Below, piece after piece: positions 12,090-27,993 of a DNA stretch of 64,000 nucleotides. The notes under the pieces were generated by a model. It was not told the DNA's origin and ran no database searches. It was given only the letters and a program-made list of their open reading frames with translations. The DNA lies in NCBI GenBank assembly GCA_973895155.1, contig OZ316895.1:14612548-14676547 (forward strand). The letters are read 5' to 3'. The translations under genes were made by a program, and so were the position numbers. The DNA is from Marsupella aquatica. Taxonomy: Eukaryota > Plantae > Marchantiophyta. How positions within the stretch are numbered: the first letter of the stretch is position 1; each line of letters begins with the position of its first letter.

Positions 12090-13464
12090 AACAACTTAAC
12101 AACTTTTTTTACTTAACATGGTTTACTAGCAATATTTTCAATTGTACTTAAGAACAACTTTTACTTCACAACTTACATCGTTGTCTAATGACATCCCTTT
12201 ACTTATCGACCATTTTGTACTTAACAAAAAAAAACTTAATAACATCTTTCGTAAAACATCATCTTTTACTTGAGAACATCTTGGACATAAAGACATCTTT
12301 GGTGCAACGACATCTTTTACTTCACAACATTTTCACATAAGAACATTTTTTCTTCACGACACCTTTGGCATCACAACATCATAGTTCTTAATGACATCTT
12401 TTTACTTCACAACATCTTTCACATATTAACAACTTCTTTGGCAACATGACATCTTTTTTCTTAACGACATCTTTGGCAACATGACATCTTTTTTCTTAAA
12501 AAAATCTTTGACAACACAACATGTTTTTACTTAACAAAATTGTTGGCAACATCACCTTTTTTCATGACAACATCTTTGGCAACACAACATATTTTTTCTT
12601 AACGACATCTTTTGTGCAACGCACCGGTATTGAGCCATCTTTCACATATTAATGACATATTGGGTGAAACGACACCTTTTTATTTATAACATCTTTTACT
12701 TCACAATCACTTAGCTTGGCAAAATGACACCTTTTTCTTAACGCCATCTTTCACATAATGACATCTTTGGAAAATGACTTCTTTTTTCTTAACGACATCT
12801 TTTTACTTAACGACATCTTTTTACTTCATGACATCTTTCAGATAACAACATCTTGGGCGACAAGACATCTTTTGTGCAATGCACTGATATTTTTCCTCAA
12901 TGACGTCTTGGCCAACACGACATCTGTTTTCTCAACGACGTCTTGGCCGACACGACTCTTTTTTCACAATGATGTCTTGCCTGACACAACATATTTTCTC
13001 TCAATGACGTCTTGGCCGACATGACATCTTTTTTCTCAACGACTTCTTTGCCAACACAAGATCCTTTATCTCAATGATTTCTTGGCCGGTCACACGACAT
13101 CTTTTTTATCAATGAGATCTTGGCCAACACGACATCATTTTTCTCAACGACCTCTTGGCCAATACAACTTTTTTTCTCAACAACCTCTTGGTCGACACGA
13201 CATCTTTTTTCTCAACCAAATCTTGGCCGACATGACATCTTAGTCGACACGACATCTTTTGTTCTCAACGACATCTTGGCCGACACGACATATTTTGTTT
13301 ATCATCAACATCTTGCCGACACGACATCTTTTGTTCTCAAAAATTTCTTGGGCGACACGACATCTTTCTTCTCAACAACCTCTTGGCCGACATGACCTCT
13401 TTTGTTCTCAACGACAGCTTGGCCGTCACTACATCTTTTGTGCAACGCATGGGTATTGAGCTAG
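12090..13464 (+). mobile_element. 3' part of a non-autonomous Helitron-like element with a (ac)gacatcttt minisatellite
   Basis: About 1.3 kb of degenerate acgacatctt(tt/gg) repeats ending in GTGCAACGCATGGGTATTGAGCTAG|T (CTAG 13461-13464), the typical plant Helitron 3' hairpin plus CTRR. 5' end not defined. Confidence 0.7.
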
Positions 13465-15965
13465 TATGATCAATCACTCTAACATGCAACCCCACTCGTT
13501 CTGGCAGATTGACTGGTTACAACAGGCAAACAACTTAAGGCACAAAAGCATCCGGACCATTAGCTGAGAAATTTACTCTTTTTGTCACCATTGAATTTTC
13601 CCAAAACCCTTCTTGCCGCACCCTCCCTTGTGCTGTGCCTCGCAGACTGCACCTTTGCATGGGCCACGCACATCTCGCCCTCTCTGCCCACCGTGCCTCA
13701 CCAACATGCCTGTACAGACCTCCCTCACACTCCCACAAGTTAAGGTCCTACACAACAGCGAAGGAACTAGAGCCCTACTCCTTAGTAACCTGAAAAGTTT
13801 GGTAGAGCTCAAGAGTAGACCCCTTAGGATGATGGTCACCAAGAGTAATTTATCTGGAGACCCTAAAACCAACAGCCTTGGCAAACGGTTTCTAGCTAAA
13901 AATCACCAAGAGAAAAACACTTTGAGAGCGACAATCTCCAACAATAGGAAAACAAAAATTGTCATCCAACAAGGAAAAGTTCTGCAGGTTGAGAGTCTAA
14001 CAGGGAGGCTCATGAAAGACTAAGGCTTCGTAAGATCTGACGGCCCTCATAGATCTCCGGAAAATCTAACGGTGTAGATTGATTAGTCAGGCACATGGAA
14101 GAGAGGCTTCTGAAAATCTGACCGTCCTCCTTGATCTTCGGAAAATCTGACAGAATCACCTTCCTCATAATTGTAGAACATGATCAGCCAATAGTTCTAC
14201 TCCTCCAAAACACGAGCGAAAATCCCAGCCCTTTAGGAATGTTTGCCAGGGAGAGATTTGGGGGCAAAGGCAAGGAATGTGAAAGGGAGGAATTCGAATT
14301 GATCCAGTGTACAAGTTATCATGTATGAGTTCCCCTCTTCTCTTTCTACTGACAGTTTTCCCCCCTTTTCCTGAGGTCTCGTGTATTTTCGGCTTGGAGA
14401 AACATACTTCGTCTTGTGTTTCCAATGCGACTCTGTCGTCTGCTTTTCTATCAGCGTCTTGTTCAGTACAATTCACGTTCTGTTCGTGGTCGCAAATGCC
14501 ATTATTTTGATTTAAATCTCTTGTCCCTGAGATGGGCGCTATCGTCCTGCTTCAGCACATCTTGTGCAAATGCATGCAGTAGAGACTAAATAGTAAGACA
14601 AGAGGGCTCGATCTCCACTTAATAAGCGAACTCTAAAGGTGTGAGGCAATCCTCGTGCGGTGCATGTCATGCGTAAGTCCTATGGCAATTGTAGGATTGC
14701 TGACGGACGATGAGCGAGCCAAACGGACAAAGGCTCTCAGACAATACTTGCCCCACATATTTCAAGAGAAAGAATCCAAGTTCGTTATCGACACACTGTT
14801 ATGACAAAAAAGCTGCTCCGGAATTCTTATTCCACAGTTACGGACTCATTGTTACAAGCCAGGAACCTGCATGCCGACAGATGTTTCGAAACAAATGCTG
14901 GGTTGGAGAATTTGACTAGTTTCTCGATTAAAATGAGCTCTCCCTAGTTTTTATTCGGGGAGAAGACATTCTTTGGGCCTCAAACTCCAACCGATAGTGG
15001 TGGTGATACTTGTTTCTTGGTGTAATCGAATGTCAGTTCAGGTTCTGGCTCAAGCCTCACTTGCGCTTCTTGATGGGAACAATCATAGACCTAATTATTA
15101 TGGTCGGGCTGTCCAGACAGGGCGTGAACAACTCGAAGGTTATACCTGCCGTGGAAATTGTCCCCGATCCTTGACGGCGCCTGATATATCATTCTGTTGG
15201 GAGCAGCCTGAGATAGTGGAATGCCTGCGCATAAATTGCTGTCATAAAGAAACTGGCTTCATTCGGCACAGCATTATTTTCAGGTAGCATGCGATACCCG
15301 ATCGCGAATCGCCTGACGGGCGCAAGCTAGGAATACAATAATATTGTACACTTCAATCTCGCACGGGAGGTGTCAGTGAAGGTACCGGCAGGTAAGGCGC
15401 GCAGGAAGACTTCTCTCTATCTCGGCGCAAGAGTACAACGGGATGGAGTCTCTTGTATTCTTGTCATCAGCCGAAACGTCAGGCAAGAGAGTGCATGCTG
15501 GAACCAGGTCGACCTTTAATTCTGTTGGTCGACAATTGCGGTGAAGGCCTGAACAGACTTCGTACGCTGTCAACAACGACGGTAGGTACAGCGAGGTTCT
15601 GCTGATTGGCTCACGGGAGCAATTCTTCCTTCGCGAGTGGTTTTTGCCTGGTATCCGATCCATCGTCGCCTGGCATTCCTACCCTGCTTCTCGAAATTAT
15701 AATCATGAGGACATACCTTGTATAGCTAGATAGCTATCAGCTTGGCTCCATCGAAGGCAAGCCAGGGGCTTGCTAGGGAAGTCAGGGCAACGTCCCTCAG
15801 TCAGAGACTCAGACCCTCACTGACCCTTGTAAGGAGGCTCTTGCATGATTGCAGCGAGAAGATTTCATCAGCCTGCTAATTAACCGATTCCGAGCCATCC
15901 TGCCAAAGCACTTTTGACGACTTGACCGAGAGAGTTCGGGAATACACTCAGCACGTTTGATCGAA

Positions 15966-18639
<2,674 letters not shown>

Positions 18640-19874
18640 AATCGTTTCCACTTACTTGATGTTAACTTCGCCTTCAACCTGGAGCTCAGTCCCGAACCCA
18701 GCAGCAACGTTTCCAAAGCTCCACTCACACTTGCCTCGACCACCCAAGAGGAAATATGGCTGCATTTCAATGTCTATTAACCTTTGTCAACAAAAGTTTT
18801 CCTCATTGGAACATATTCGAATTCTTTGGAGGAGGTGGTATGTATCTTCCCAATTCTGTTTTGTAGAGGTTCGTTTCTCATTACTAGACTTTTTTGCCGC
18901 GAAAGGCAGCTGATCATGAACTGATCATCAGCTGATCATGAACGTAGTGTAGAGGTCTCTGCAGAGATCTGAAGCGCCTATTTAGTGTCAACTCTTTGCT
19001 AGTCAGAAGCGTCACTTAAGCATTAAATTTGTCAGGTTTCTAGGCTATCATATCATGCTCCTCACGGAAGAGTCTTAGTTATCTTGGATTAAAATGATTT
19101 CACCACTTTCTATCACACTCGAAATGCTCGGATTTGTTCCCATCCCAATCCTTGCATTTTGTACACGGGAGGTTTTATTAGAGGACACTGGCGAGACTGT
19201 GCTGCATTGTTAAGAGCAATAATTTTTTCTCTTTACTACATTTGTCCACCACACTCGAACTTGTATGGTTCTGCTTCGAGAATCCAAGTGAATCGAATAG
19301 GACTATTGGAATCAGTGCTGCCCAGTTTGAGCAAAGCATACGTTGATGATGAGGTCGCTTCCGTTCCGGTCCTTCCGGACACTCAGGTCCCTCAACTGTT
19401 CGTACTCACTGCTAGTATACAACTTACTCTAGTATCTCCACTGCCAGAAAGGATCGATATATCGAAAGCTTGCTCGAAGCCCATAAATCTGAAAAGGTCC
19501 TCACCACGGCAGAATCTTTGGGGCTCGCGTCAGTATCAGCCAAGGGACGGTACATGATTGACATGCCTCCAAAAGCGAATCGATGGTGCAGTGTACCTGC
19601 GTCTCGTGGCCCAGACTCAGGCATGCTACCAAATGTCAATTCCCAATGTGCTGCGTCGACTCGAGCGTTAGCAGAGCAGCAGCAAGCGATGCATGCAGCA
19701 GTGTACTCGACGAGTGACCCCGTCTCCATTTCACGGCAGATTAGACAGCACCATAGCTGCAGGTCGAGGCCAGCGATGCAAGCTATACGTGCCAGACTCT
19801 GCAAACTGCAGGGGGCAACACGAGGTCGTTACGTCGTTACACTCGAGTACAATGCATCATACTGTACCATCTTG

Positions 19875-21087
19875 TGAGGTGATGCGTACAGGACAGGAAA
19901 TGCCTCTTGAAAAGGTTTTTTGTTTATTGGGATCTTCCTTCCCTCTCTAGTATCGCAAACTATCATTCCAAATGGCAAACATTAAAAAATGTAACCAAAG
20001 AGAAGGAATAAAACAAACAAAAATATTTAATTTAGTGTGAATGAAAATAAAAACACAGTTTCCAAGTAATGAGGGATCCACCAGGAAATGGGGAGGGCCT
20101 TCACCAAGCAAGAAAGGATCCAACAGGAAATGGCAAGTGCCTGTATCAATGCACTAGGGTGAAGGAGACTTCCCTTAATTTACTAACTCATTTAAAAGTG
20201 TGAACCAATAGTAACCCTTCAGTAAAAATTTGTTTTTCTGGCAACATCACATCCATCCATAGTTTGCCCCTTTTAATCTAAATTGCCACCATCAGATCCA
20301 TCTATATTTTACCCCTTTTAATCTAAATTGCGTATAATTAAGATATATAGAATATTTATTTCCTCAAAAAAATATTTTTTTAAACATATTTGTTTCTATC
20401 ACTTGGTTGTGCTTGGACTTTATGATGCACTTGCCGTTATCTATACCTCCAATTTCTATGTGTAGAGTACGGGTTATTGAACACCACCACAACAGACTTT
20501 ACTGTCCTTGACATCTTTTTCTCATCTTGTCATTTTTCCTTCACAATAACATCTTTATCCCACCACAACCATTTTTTCTCACCCTCAACATCCTACCTTT
20601 GTCTCACCTTGGCATTTGTATCTCACCACAACATCCTACCTTTGTCTCACCTTGACATTTGTATCTCACCGCAACATCTTACCCTCGCCTCCACATCATT
20701 TCTCTTCTCTACATGTTTTTATCTTCTTTACATATTTCCTTGCTTTGACATCTCTTCCTCTCATGACATTTTTTTTCACCTTGATTTCTTTTCTTCACCT
20801 TGACATCTCTTTCTCTCATTGATATCTTTTTCACTTTGAAATAGTTTTGTCACCTCAACATCTTTTGCGCAATGCCCAGGCATTGGGCAATGTATGCACT
20901 AAAGTTTTGTTTGGAGGGCATTAAATCTATGATACAAGGTCTGTTGAGGTGATGCTTACAGGACAGGAATTGACTCTTGAAAAGGTTTTTGCCTATTGGG
21001 ATCTTCCCTCCCTCTCTACAGTAGTAGTATGTATACAGACTTAGAGTCTTGTCTGGAGGGCATTATTAAAATCTATGATACAAGGTC
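19875..21087. repeat. Local tandem duplication (~140-bp unit) with the first unit split by an insertion
   Basis: tgaggtgatgc...ccctctcta at 19875-19949 and 20945-21018; tggagggcatta...gatacaaggtc at ~20912-20941 and ~21054-21087. Confidence 0.75.
19953..20892 (+). mobile_element. Degenerate non-autonomous Helitron-like insertion
   Basis: Starts A|TC, contains the ttgacatcttt minisatellite (20500-20865) and ends tcttttgcgcaatgcccaggcattgggcaatg|t, resembling the 13464 end. Absent from the second duplicated unit; no TSD. Confidence 0.55.
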
Positions 21088-22466
21088 CCGTCACTTTGAA
21101 CAGGCTGTGGTAGTTTTATAACTGTGTAGGGCCAAAAAAAATGGCAAGGAAAGAAACCAAAGAGGAGTCACAAAGAAACTGGAAACAATCCGAGAGGATC
21201 CAGGACAAAAGGGAGGGGGAGTATCCTCCTTGATCTTCCCACCTCACAGCCATCTGCCCCTCCCCCCCCCCCCAATGGTCCCCTCATGTCAATCATGACA
21301 CTATGGTGTTTGCCACATTTGCTTAAGATTACAAACCCAAATTGAAGTCATTTTATAATGGTGTTAAGGGGGTCGTTCTTTCTTATTGTAGCCCAGACAG
21401 AGACTATTATTAGTCTGTGCCTGAATGCCTGCCCTTGGCAACAATTAACCAATTGAAAGTACACTTCGCCAAAAAGTCTTTGCCACTTGTCGTTAAGATT
21501 TGTCAGTCATTTAGTAAGATGTGGGCAAAATCAAACAAACCTGCCCATACACGAGTCTTGAAATTTCGAAGTGGTGCCACTCAATTTTTCGCAAGCTACA
21601 CATTTAGTATTAGTAACAGTGTCTAGTAAGGGCTAGGTTTCATGGGGCTGGGAGTAAGGAGTACAGATGCTGTCAGAATTTTTAAGCCAAAAGGTCAAGA
21701 GAGTACTAATAACACCTCAAACAGAGTCCCCAAAACAGAGAAACCTCGCTTTTCACGAGTCTTCGAATTTTGAAGTTCTGGCGACTTCAAGTCAGAAAAG
21801 TTGAATGAGACTTGTTTCAAAATTAGCTGTGTCAATCTCAGGGCCTTATTGCGCGAATTGCCGAAATTGAAGGTCTCGATCAATCTTTCTGGTTCCTTCG
21901 AAGGCAATGATGGAGAGGGGCGGAGCATTGATGAGCGTTGCTCCGTTTGCGAATGGTATCGACTTTTGAAGGTTTTTATCCACAAAAACCCTATACACCT
22001 CGTGTAGTCTTTTGTTCGGGCCTGCGCGCTGGTATGGTGAGTCGAAGCTTGAATCGTCTGTCTCTGTTTGTGAACGGTTTCTGCAGGTCCATATTTTCCC
22101 GCCCTTTAGAGACGATGTATTGTCAGGTCTTTCGGGGAAATTCTGGGAGCAACTTACCAATTGAGCTCAGACGTTGCGGGCATTGTTTAGTGACAATTGG
22201 AGGGGATATTATCCGATCTCATAGCAGATATGCGGAAGGCAGAAGAATGCAAGAGGGAGAAGAGTCTCGTGATGGTCTTCTGGCCGGACATTCGACAACG
22301 ATCGAAGGAATGGTGAATCGCCGAAGTAGGCCGAGCAAGGGAGCGAGCTTACGGGAACCTCACTTTCTTATGCAGTGACTTGCATTTCGACGAAGAACAC
22401 CAAAACTAAGTTTCTTTTGAAGTTGTTTAAAAATACTTACGTTGATTCTCCGCTTAATCTTTGAGA

Positions 22467-24475
22467 ATGTTCTCCGCCCTGAATCTGAGGGAGGATGGTC
22501 GGGTTAACGTCAAATATGGACAGGATTTTGATTCTCAGACTTACAAACTGCTGGAGGTTGATGAACGCCTTTTGGAAGAGCTCCTTGAAGATGGGTAATA
22601 GTACTATCAGTGTCCTTGTGAATTCCTCTCTCGGCCTCAAGAGAGACCCTCACACGTCACTGATTCCCACGGAATGTTACGAGGTTCTTTGTGCTTATGG
22701 TCATCTGAATCACAGCCAAATCATTGTTTGGTCCATGTACATCTTCCCTGAGGTTAGGTCTTGGTATTTAGCAACAGAAAATTGATAACAGGGTTTGAAT
22801 GTTGAATTGCTAGGCTGAGCATAAAAGGGGGTGCGGATGAAGAGGCAGTCCTTTGTACATCGAAGGCCACATATGCAATGAAGTTTGTTTCCACATCCAA
22901 TACGGTACTCCTTGTGCCCCCAAGAGATCCCATCATTTCTGCCAGCGATACTGACAGCAAGCACACACCGGTGGGTGGGTTGAAGACAGAAGTAGAAACA
23001 GAGACCAATGTCGCTGCCACAGCTGCAGGGCACATTGAGCTTGTTGAAATATCACCTAAAGTAGAGAATCTGAAGGCTCTTCTTACTCAGCGACCTTATA
23101 AGGAAGATGTGGACGGAGAAACGGAAGTCGAAGAAGGGGAAGGATTATACACTTGGAATGATCTTTTAGCAAGGGTGCAATCAAGTGACTTCCAACTCAG
23201 AACAGCTTTGAAGACTCTTCATGCTGTGAAGATTGGCAGGTACTGGCGAATCGCAGATGAGGAATTCATGCATGGATTGCTGGAAATGCTTCTTCTCACT
23301 GCCACACAGCATGATTGGCCCTTACAGTCTTTGCCGGGGATGGAGGTTGTAGAAGCACTGGGTGTTGACAATTACTCACCTCAAATAGTCACTCATTGTC
23401 TACAAACTTACGGCGTTAGATCTGATTCTCGACCACAAAACAATCTAAGTCTTAGATCACAAGAGGATACTGTTACAGACGTAGTAGGTATGACAACGGA
23501 TCATACCTAATCATATTTGTCTTTCATTTAATCATTGATGCCAGTTTCTAAAGTATATCAGTTCTGTAGCACAAAGTACATGCATGCTCTCAACTCGTTG
23601 ACGTGACTCTCGCGATGTCCTTTAAGATCAGCTCAAAATTTGTTTCACTTGAGACCAGTACTTGTTAGACCTGTCCTGGGCTCGAGTAGATATCTGAACA
23701 GATAAGTGCCTCTGTTTTGTGTCTGGCAGGGGTGGAGACAAGGTGGGCACTTGATGAGCAAAAAGTCTGTTTGCAATATGCCAAGCGATTGTTAGCATCC
23801 AATGCGAAGTGGAGGCTTCCAGACTTTTTGGTATCGTGGCAGAAGGTTTTGCCTGCGGGAATGAATCCACAACTCCAAATGCTTCATGGAGAGGCTCTTG
23901 TGGATACAATTGGAACAGACTCGTGGCTTCATCAATTCAGTATCAGTTCTTTGCCAAGGAAGCCAGAGGCCCGCTTTGCTGCTCTCTTCAAGCAAAGGGC
24001 TAAGTGGGAGTGGGAAGATTTAGAACCTTACCTAAGGTCAGTAATTTTTTACTTGCCATACAAATATTGGCTTTCTTACTACTTAGAATGTCTTGTTGCA
24101 GGGTCTCTGTGCATATTGTAGAGTGTCCATATCTAGTCAAACCTGAAATCTTCATTGCATTGGACAACTATACTTGGCATTCGTCATGCCTTATCACATT
24201 CCACCGAGACTGTAAATCTTGTCAAAACGATCCTAAGCGAAGTCCAGTACTTCATTACACATCCCAAATCTTGCAGTGGATACATCCAGGTCATGAAAGT
24301 GACTGAAAATACTGACAGTTCTTTGTGATTTCTTTCCACAAATTGTTTAAGCTTTTGATTATTTTTGCGTAGGGACTTGAAAGAGCCGAATCAGTCAGTA
24401 GAGGCAATGCTCCTGAAGTACACGAGGAAGACTCAGCCATCTGCGAAGTCACCACCTGTTTATACCACCCGCTGA
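22467..24475 (+). CDS. DCC1: Sister chromatid cohesion protein DCC1 (4 exons)
   Basis: Exons 22467-22594, 22814-23487, 23730-24036, 24373-24475 join in frame. Motifs YKLLEVD, IKGGADEEAVLCTSKATYAMKFVSTSNTVLL, YTWNDLLARVQSSD, PEARFAALFKQRAKWEWEDLEPYLRDL and MLLKYTRKTQ are typical of plant DCC1. Confidence 0.93.
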
Positions 24476-26255
24476 TTTGGTACAGTTGAAGATGTGCCAG
24501 GGCAGATACACCATCACTTGACTACCACTTCTTAAGAGCTAAATGCCAGCTCTGTGCAGAACATCAACCAAGGGTGCAGAGAAACGAGTTTGTAGAAGTC
24601 AAGTTACTCTAAATTGCTTCACGTACCGATGATGGATGTACAAAGTGAAAGGGCAAATTAGCTCTTAATAATCAAACTTCCGTAGTGCTTGTAAGATCTT
24701 TTTGTGAATGCTGGGCTTTTCGTGTGAATATTGAGCTTCCATAGCTGCACCTTTGGATGTACTGTCTACCAGCTTTGAAATGACCAGCCCTTCGTGTTCG
24801 AGGTAATTTCTGCCAAATCAGGGTCTCAGAACTAGAACTTTTCATATGACATGCGGATTTGGTCGCTTCTTTCAGCGTGCATCCGACGCAGAAATATTTG
24901 TGAAGCAGACAGTCTTCGCCCTTCTCGACATGATAGTTAATATCACCTTCAAACTGCCACTACTTCCGTTTTCAAGGTTTGTTATCCGTCCCTAACTTGT
25001 TTAACGCGCTCGCATTATCAAAGTTGACACATAACAGAGCAAGTGTTTTCCAGTTTAGATTGCAGCTTTCAAACGAATCTGACAAATCAGAAGACTTCAT
25101 GACATCTCCTAAAACAAAGAAAACTCTTGAAGCCTCACTTCATCAAAATTCACTGATAATATACTGTCAAAGTCTCACAAGTGCCACGACACAGAACTGG
25201 TTTGCCCGCCCCAAGCGAGAGGCGAAGTCCAAGAATCGAAATTGTATCAATTTATAACAGATAAGATAAAATGCATCGTAAATTCTTCGACTGACTGCAT
25301 TTATCTGAAAATAATGTGTAGCATTCTATAGAGACCAATCTCCCCTAGTTGCGCGGGTATAGATTTCAATAGATGTTCATATTTGGTACCTTCGACTAGA
25401 ACGGTGCATTCAAGAGAAAAGGCATTCATCAAACCTCCTGTCTATTAGGTGACGACAGGGTCAGTCGGGAGAAACTTGAAATCATACGATCGTCTAATCA
25501 TTGCCCACCTTATCACTGGACTTAAAGGCATCAATGCCCAGCTTAGTTACTTCCGAGACGTTGCTATGCTAGCCTTTTAAGCTCAGAATCTCCCACAACC
25601 TTCTGACTATTTCGAGTTTGTCTTCTCCTCGTCCTCTTCTTCTCAGTCAGCATCAATCTACAATTTAGCTGGGCGGAGCCTACTTGAGCAGTACGTGCAA
25701 ATAATGAAAGTTTTCAGTGCACCTGAAGCTTTTGCCAGCACCCGCTTCGAATTGGAGCAGATTGGCTAGCCCCAGGACGCAACACGTCAGACGATTTCTG
25801 AAAGTGCAACGCAGACTAAACTAGATTGCTGACATTGCCGACACGTGGAGAATACATTATAGTCATCTACAAGTTTCTCAAGCACTCCGGGTTCAGCAAT
25901 TATTCCCCATTCTCAGTGTCGAAAGGCAACAGAATCAAATGCCAAAAATCCGGTACATATTGATTCGCACGTGGAGTAATCCATTGAGCACGGAAGTAAT
26001 CACTGTCATGAAGAAACATATAAGCAGCTCTCACGCCAATTCTTCTATGAAATTTCTAGAATTGAATGCCTATGGAAACCACAACTACCAATTCCAAGTT
26101 GGAAAACGTCCGAGACAACTACTGACACGAGATGTATCCAAAAGTCACCTGGTTCTTCATGGCCATCAACTTGTGTTCTTCGTGTAGCCTACAAATCCAA
26201 ATCGAGCTTGCTTCTCCTCGCTAATGAGAAGGTGGGAATGCTGTGGAGATAAACC

Positions 26256-26696
26256 CTAAGTCGACTTCTGTGCGGCACTCATAGGGGATGAGACTCCTGT
26301 TCCAACTCCTGGAATATCTTTAGGATTGAGAGTCTTCGTCACTGTCTGGACTGATGGTGGAGAAGTCGAGGTCGAGCCACGGACAGGAGTCATAGTCGAC
26401 TGGCATGGCGCAGGAAGGTACTGTCCAAATGCGAATGAGCAGATATATAAGTTGCTCATACATTGGATATCGAGGGGAAGATTTGTATCCTCTGGTAAAT
26501 GTGGGGCCTCCACTTGAGTGAAGGAGTAGCAACAGATCTCAGCACGTATCGTTCCAGGAGCTGTGAGGTAGCTGAAGCACGGCATGATGCACTCGCACAC
26601 ATCTCTGCTAGCTCCAAATTCCCAGCCCAAGCATAGGAATGAACAATGACTAAAGCACCCGTTGTCCAAGCATCCACCGGGATGGCAGCAGCCCAT
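26256..26696 (-). CDS. Hypothetical Cys-rich protein with an MGCC N-terminus (146 aa)
   Basis: ATG at 26696; MGCCHPGGCLDNGCFSHCSFLC... followed by a Ser/Thr/Pro-rich tail; possible 5' UTR intron acceptor near 26899. No recognised family. Confidence 0.35.
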   Translation of the reverse strand: MGCCHPGGCLDNGCFSHCSFLCLGWEFGASRDVCECIMPCFSYLTAPGTIRAEICCYSFTQVEAPHLPEDTNLPLDIQCMSNLYICSFAFGQYLPAPCQSTMTPVRGSTSTSPPSVQTVTKTLNPKDIPGVGTGVSSPMSAAQKST

Positions 26697-27091
26697 CTCC
26701 TCGACCACTACCCTTCAAACGGAATGCTCCTACCTCGATTTACCACCAACGCAAGCCAATCATAATCGATTCTGCCCGATTCCTTTAAGTAAATTGTCTT
26801 CTATAGGAGCCCTGATGAAGGGATCAGGAATTGAGACAATCTGGACTCCTCCATTTCAGTCACCACATTGCCGCTACATGTGATAATAGGATCTGGACCC
26901 TAAAGTACTCTGTAGTCTACGCAAGCTCCCAAAAAGGACCGCAAACTCCAATCCACAAATTCACAGCACCAGAACTAATCGATTACTGAGTAAGAGCAGT
27001 TTTCTGACCATAATGGGCTGAGAATCCAACAGAGAAAACTACGGGCGCGAGCCCTTTCGAAAAACTGTAAAAGCAGAGCATTGTCCAGGGC

Positions 27092-27118
27092 CTCTCTCTC
27101 TCTCTCTCTCTCTCTCTC
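27092..27118. repeat. (CT)n microsatellite
   Basis: About 13 CT units. Confidence 0.9.
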
Positions 27119-27578
27119 CAGTTTCACAAATCCGACGAGACATTTGTTTGCACAGAATTCCAACTCATGGCATCCGGGATCTCCAGAACACGAAGCAAGG
27201 AAATGCCCAAACTCGGGTACGAAGAAACTGGGCGAACCGCCAGAATGGATCCCGAGCGTCCGGAATCAGTCAGTCAACTGAACGGAAACAGAACATCAAT
27301 CGTACAGGACAGCTCAGTGATTGCACTTCCCAGTCTCACAGACCTCACCAGTCCAGCTTCCGCACTCGTCCGTGCTCCCTCTTCTCTGGTCACGCGATGT
27401 CTCCCGCATTAATGCCAAATCTTTGCAACAAAATCGTTGCAGCGGATGCATCATCAGCTCAGGAAGTTCATGGGGCACGTCTTGGAAGACGAGTGGGGAC
27501 GCTGATCCAGTGACGCCCAACTAGGTGTACCTACTTGACGAGCAAGTGACGTTCCTTCTCCTTTTTCATCTCCTTTTC

Positions 27579-27666
27579 AGGTTCCGGATCTCACTACTCA
27601 TACGAAGGACTACGCCATCGCAAGGTTCCGGATCTCACTACTCCTACGAAGGATTACGCCATCGCA
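27579..27666. repeat. 2 x 44-bp tandem duplication
   Basis: aggttccggatctcactactc(a/c)tacgaagga(c/t)tacgccatcgca twice. Confidence 0.9.
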
Positions 27667-27904
27667 AACAAGATTCCTGAGTTGTGTACTCACCACTGTT
27701 CAGCACAGCGGTGACCATTACGTAGTTCGGAAGTTTCCTCCGAATTCAGGAGCTTTTTTATTGCACCCCCAAAAAAGCCAACAGGCAGAGTCAATCAATA
27801 ATGGCATAAGGGGCTTTACAAGAGTACAAGTGCAGGCTCACGGGAAGATACCCAACCCTGCAGTTATCCAGGTTGTGCACTTCATCATAATTGCATATTG
27901 TACT

Positions 27905-27993
27905 TCTCCATATGTGCCTGTTGCACTTTCCAATAAGTGCATATGAAATTCTCCATATGTCCCTGTTCCACTTTCCAATAAGTGCATATGAAA
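27905..27993. repeat. 2 x 45-bp tandem duplication
   Basis: ttctccatatgt(g/c)cctgtt(g/c)cactttccaataagtgcatatgaaa twice. Confidence 0.9.

Noticed and set aside
12758-13459. ORFs with TTSWPT / LNDIF repeats
   Set aside because: Translations of the non-coding minisatellite.
13470-14330. Possible DNA transposon with repeated (g/a)atct(g/a)ac(g/c)g motifs
   Set aside because: No TIR pair or TSD could be established by eye.
19159-19950. Cluster of 85-135-aa ORFs on both strands
   Set aside because: No motif, consistent splice structure or preferred frame; treated as chance ORFs.
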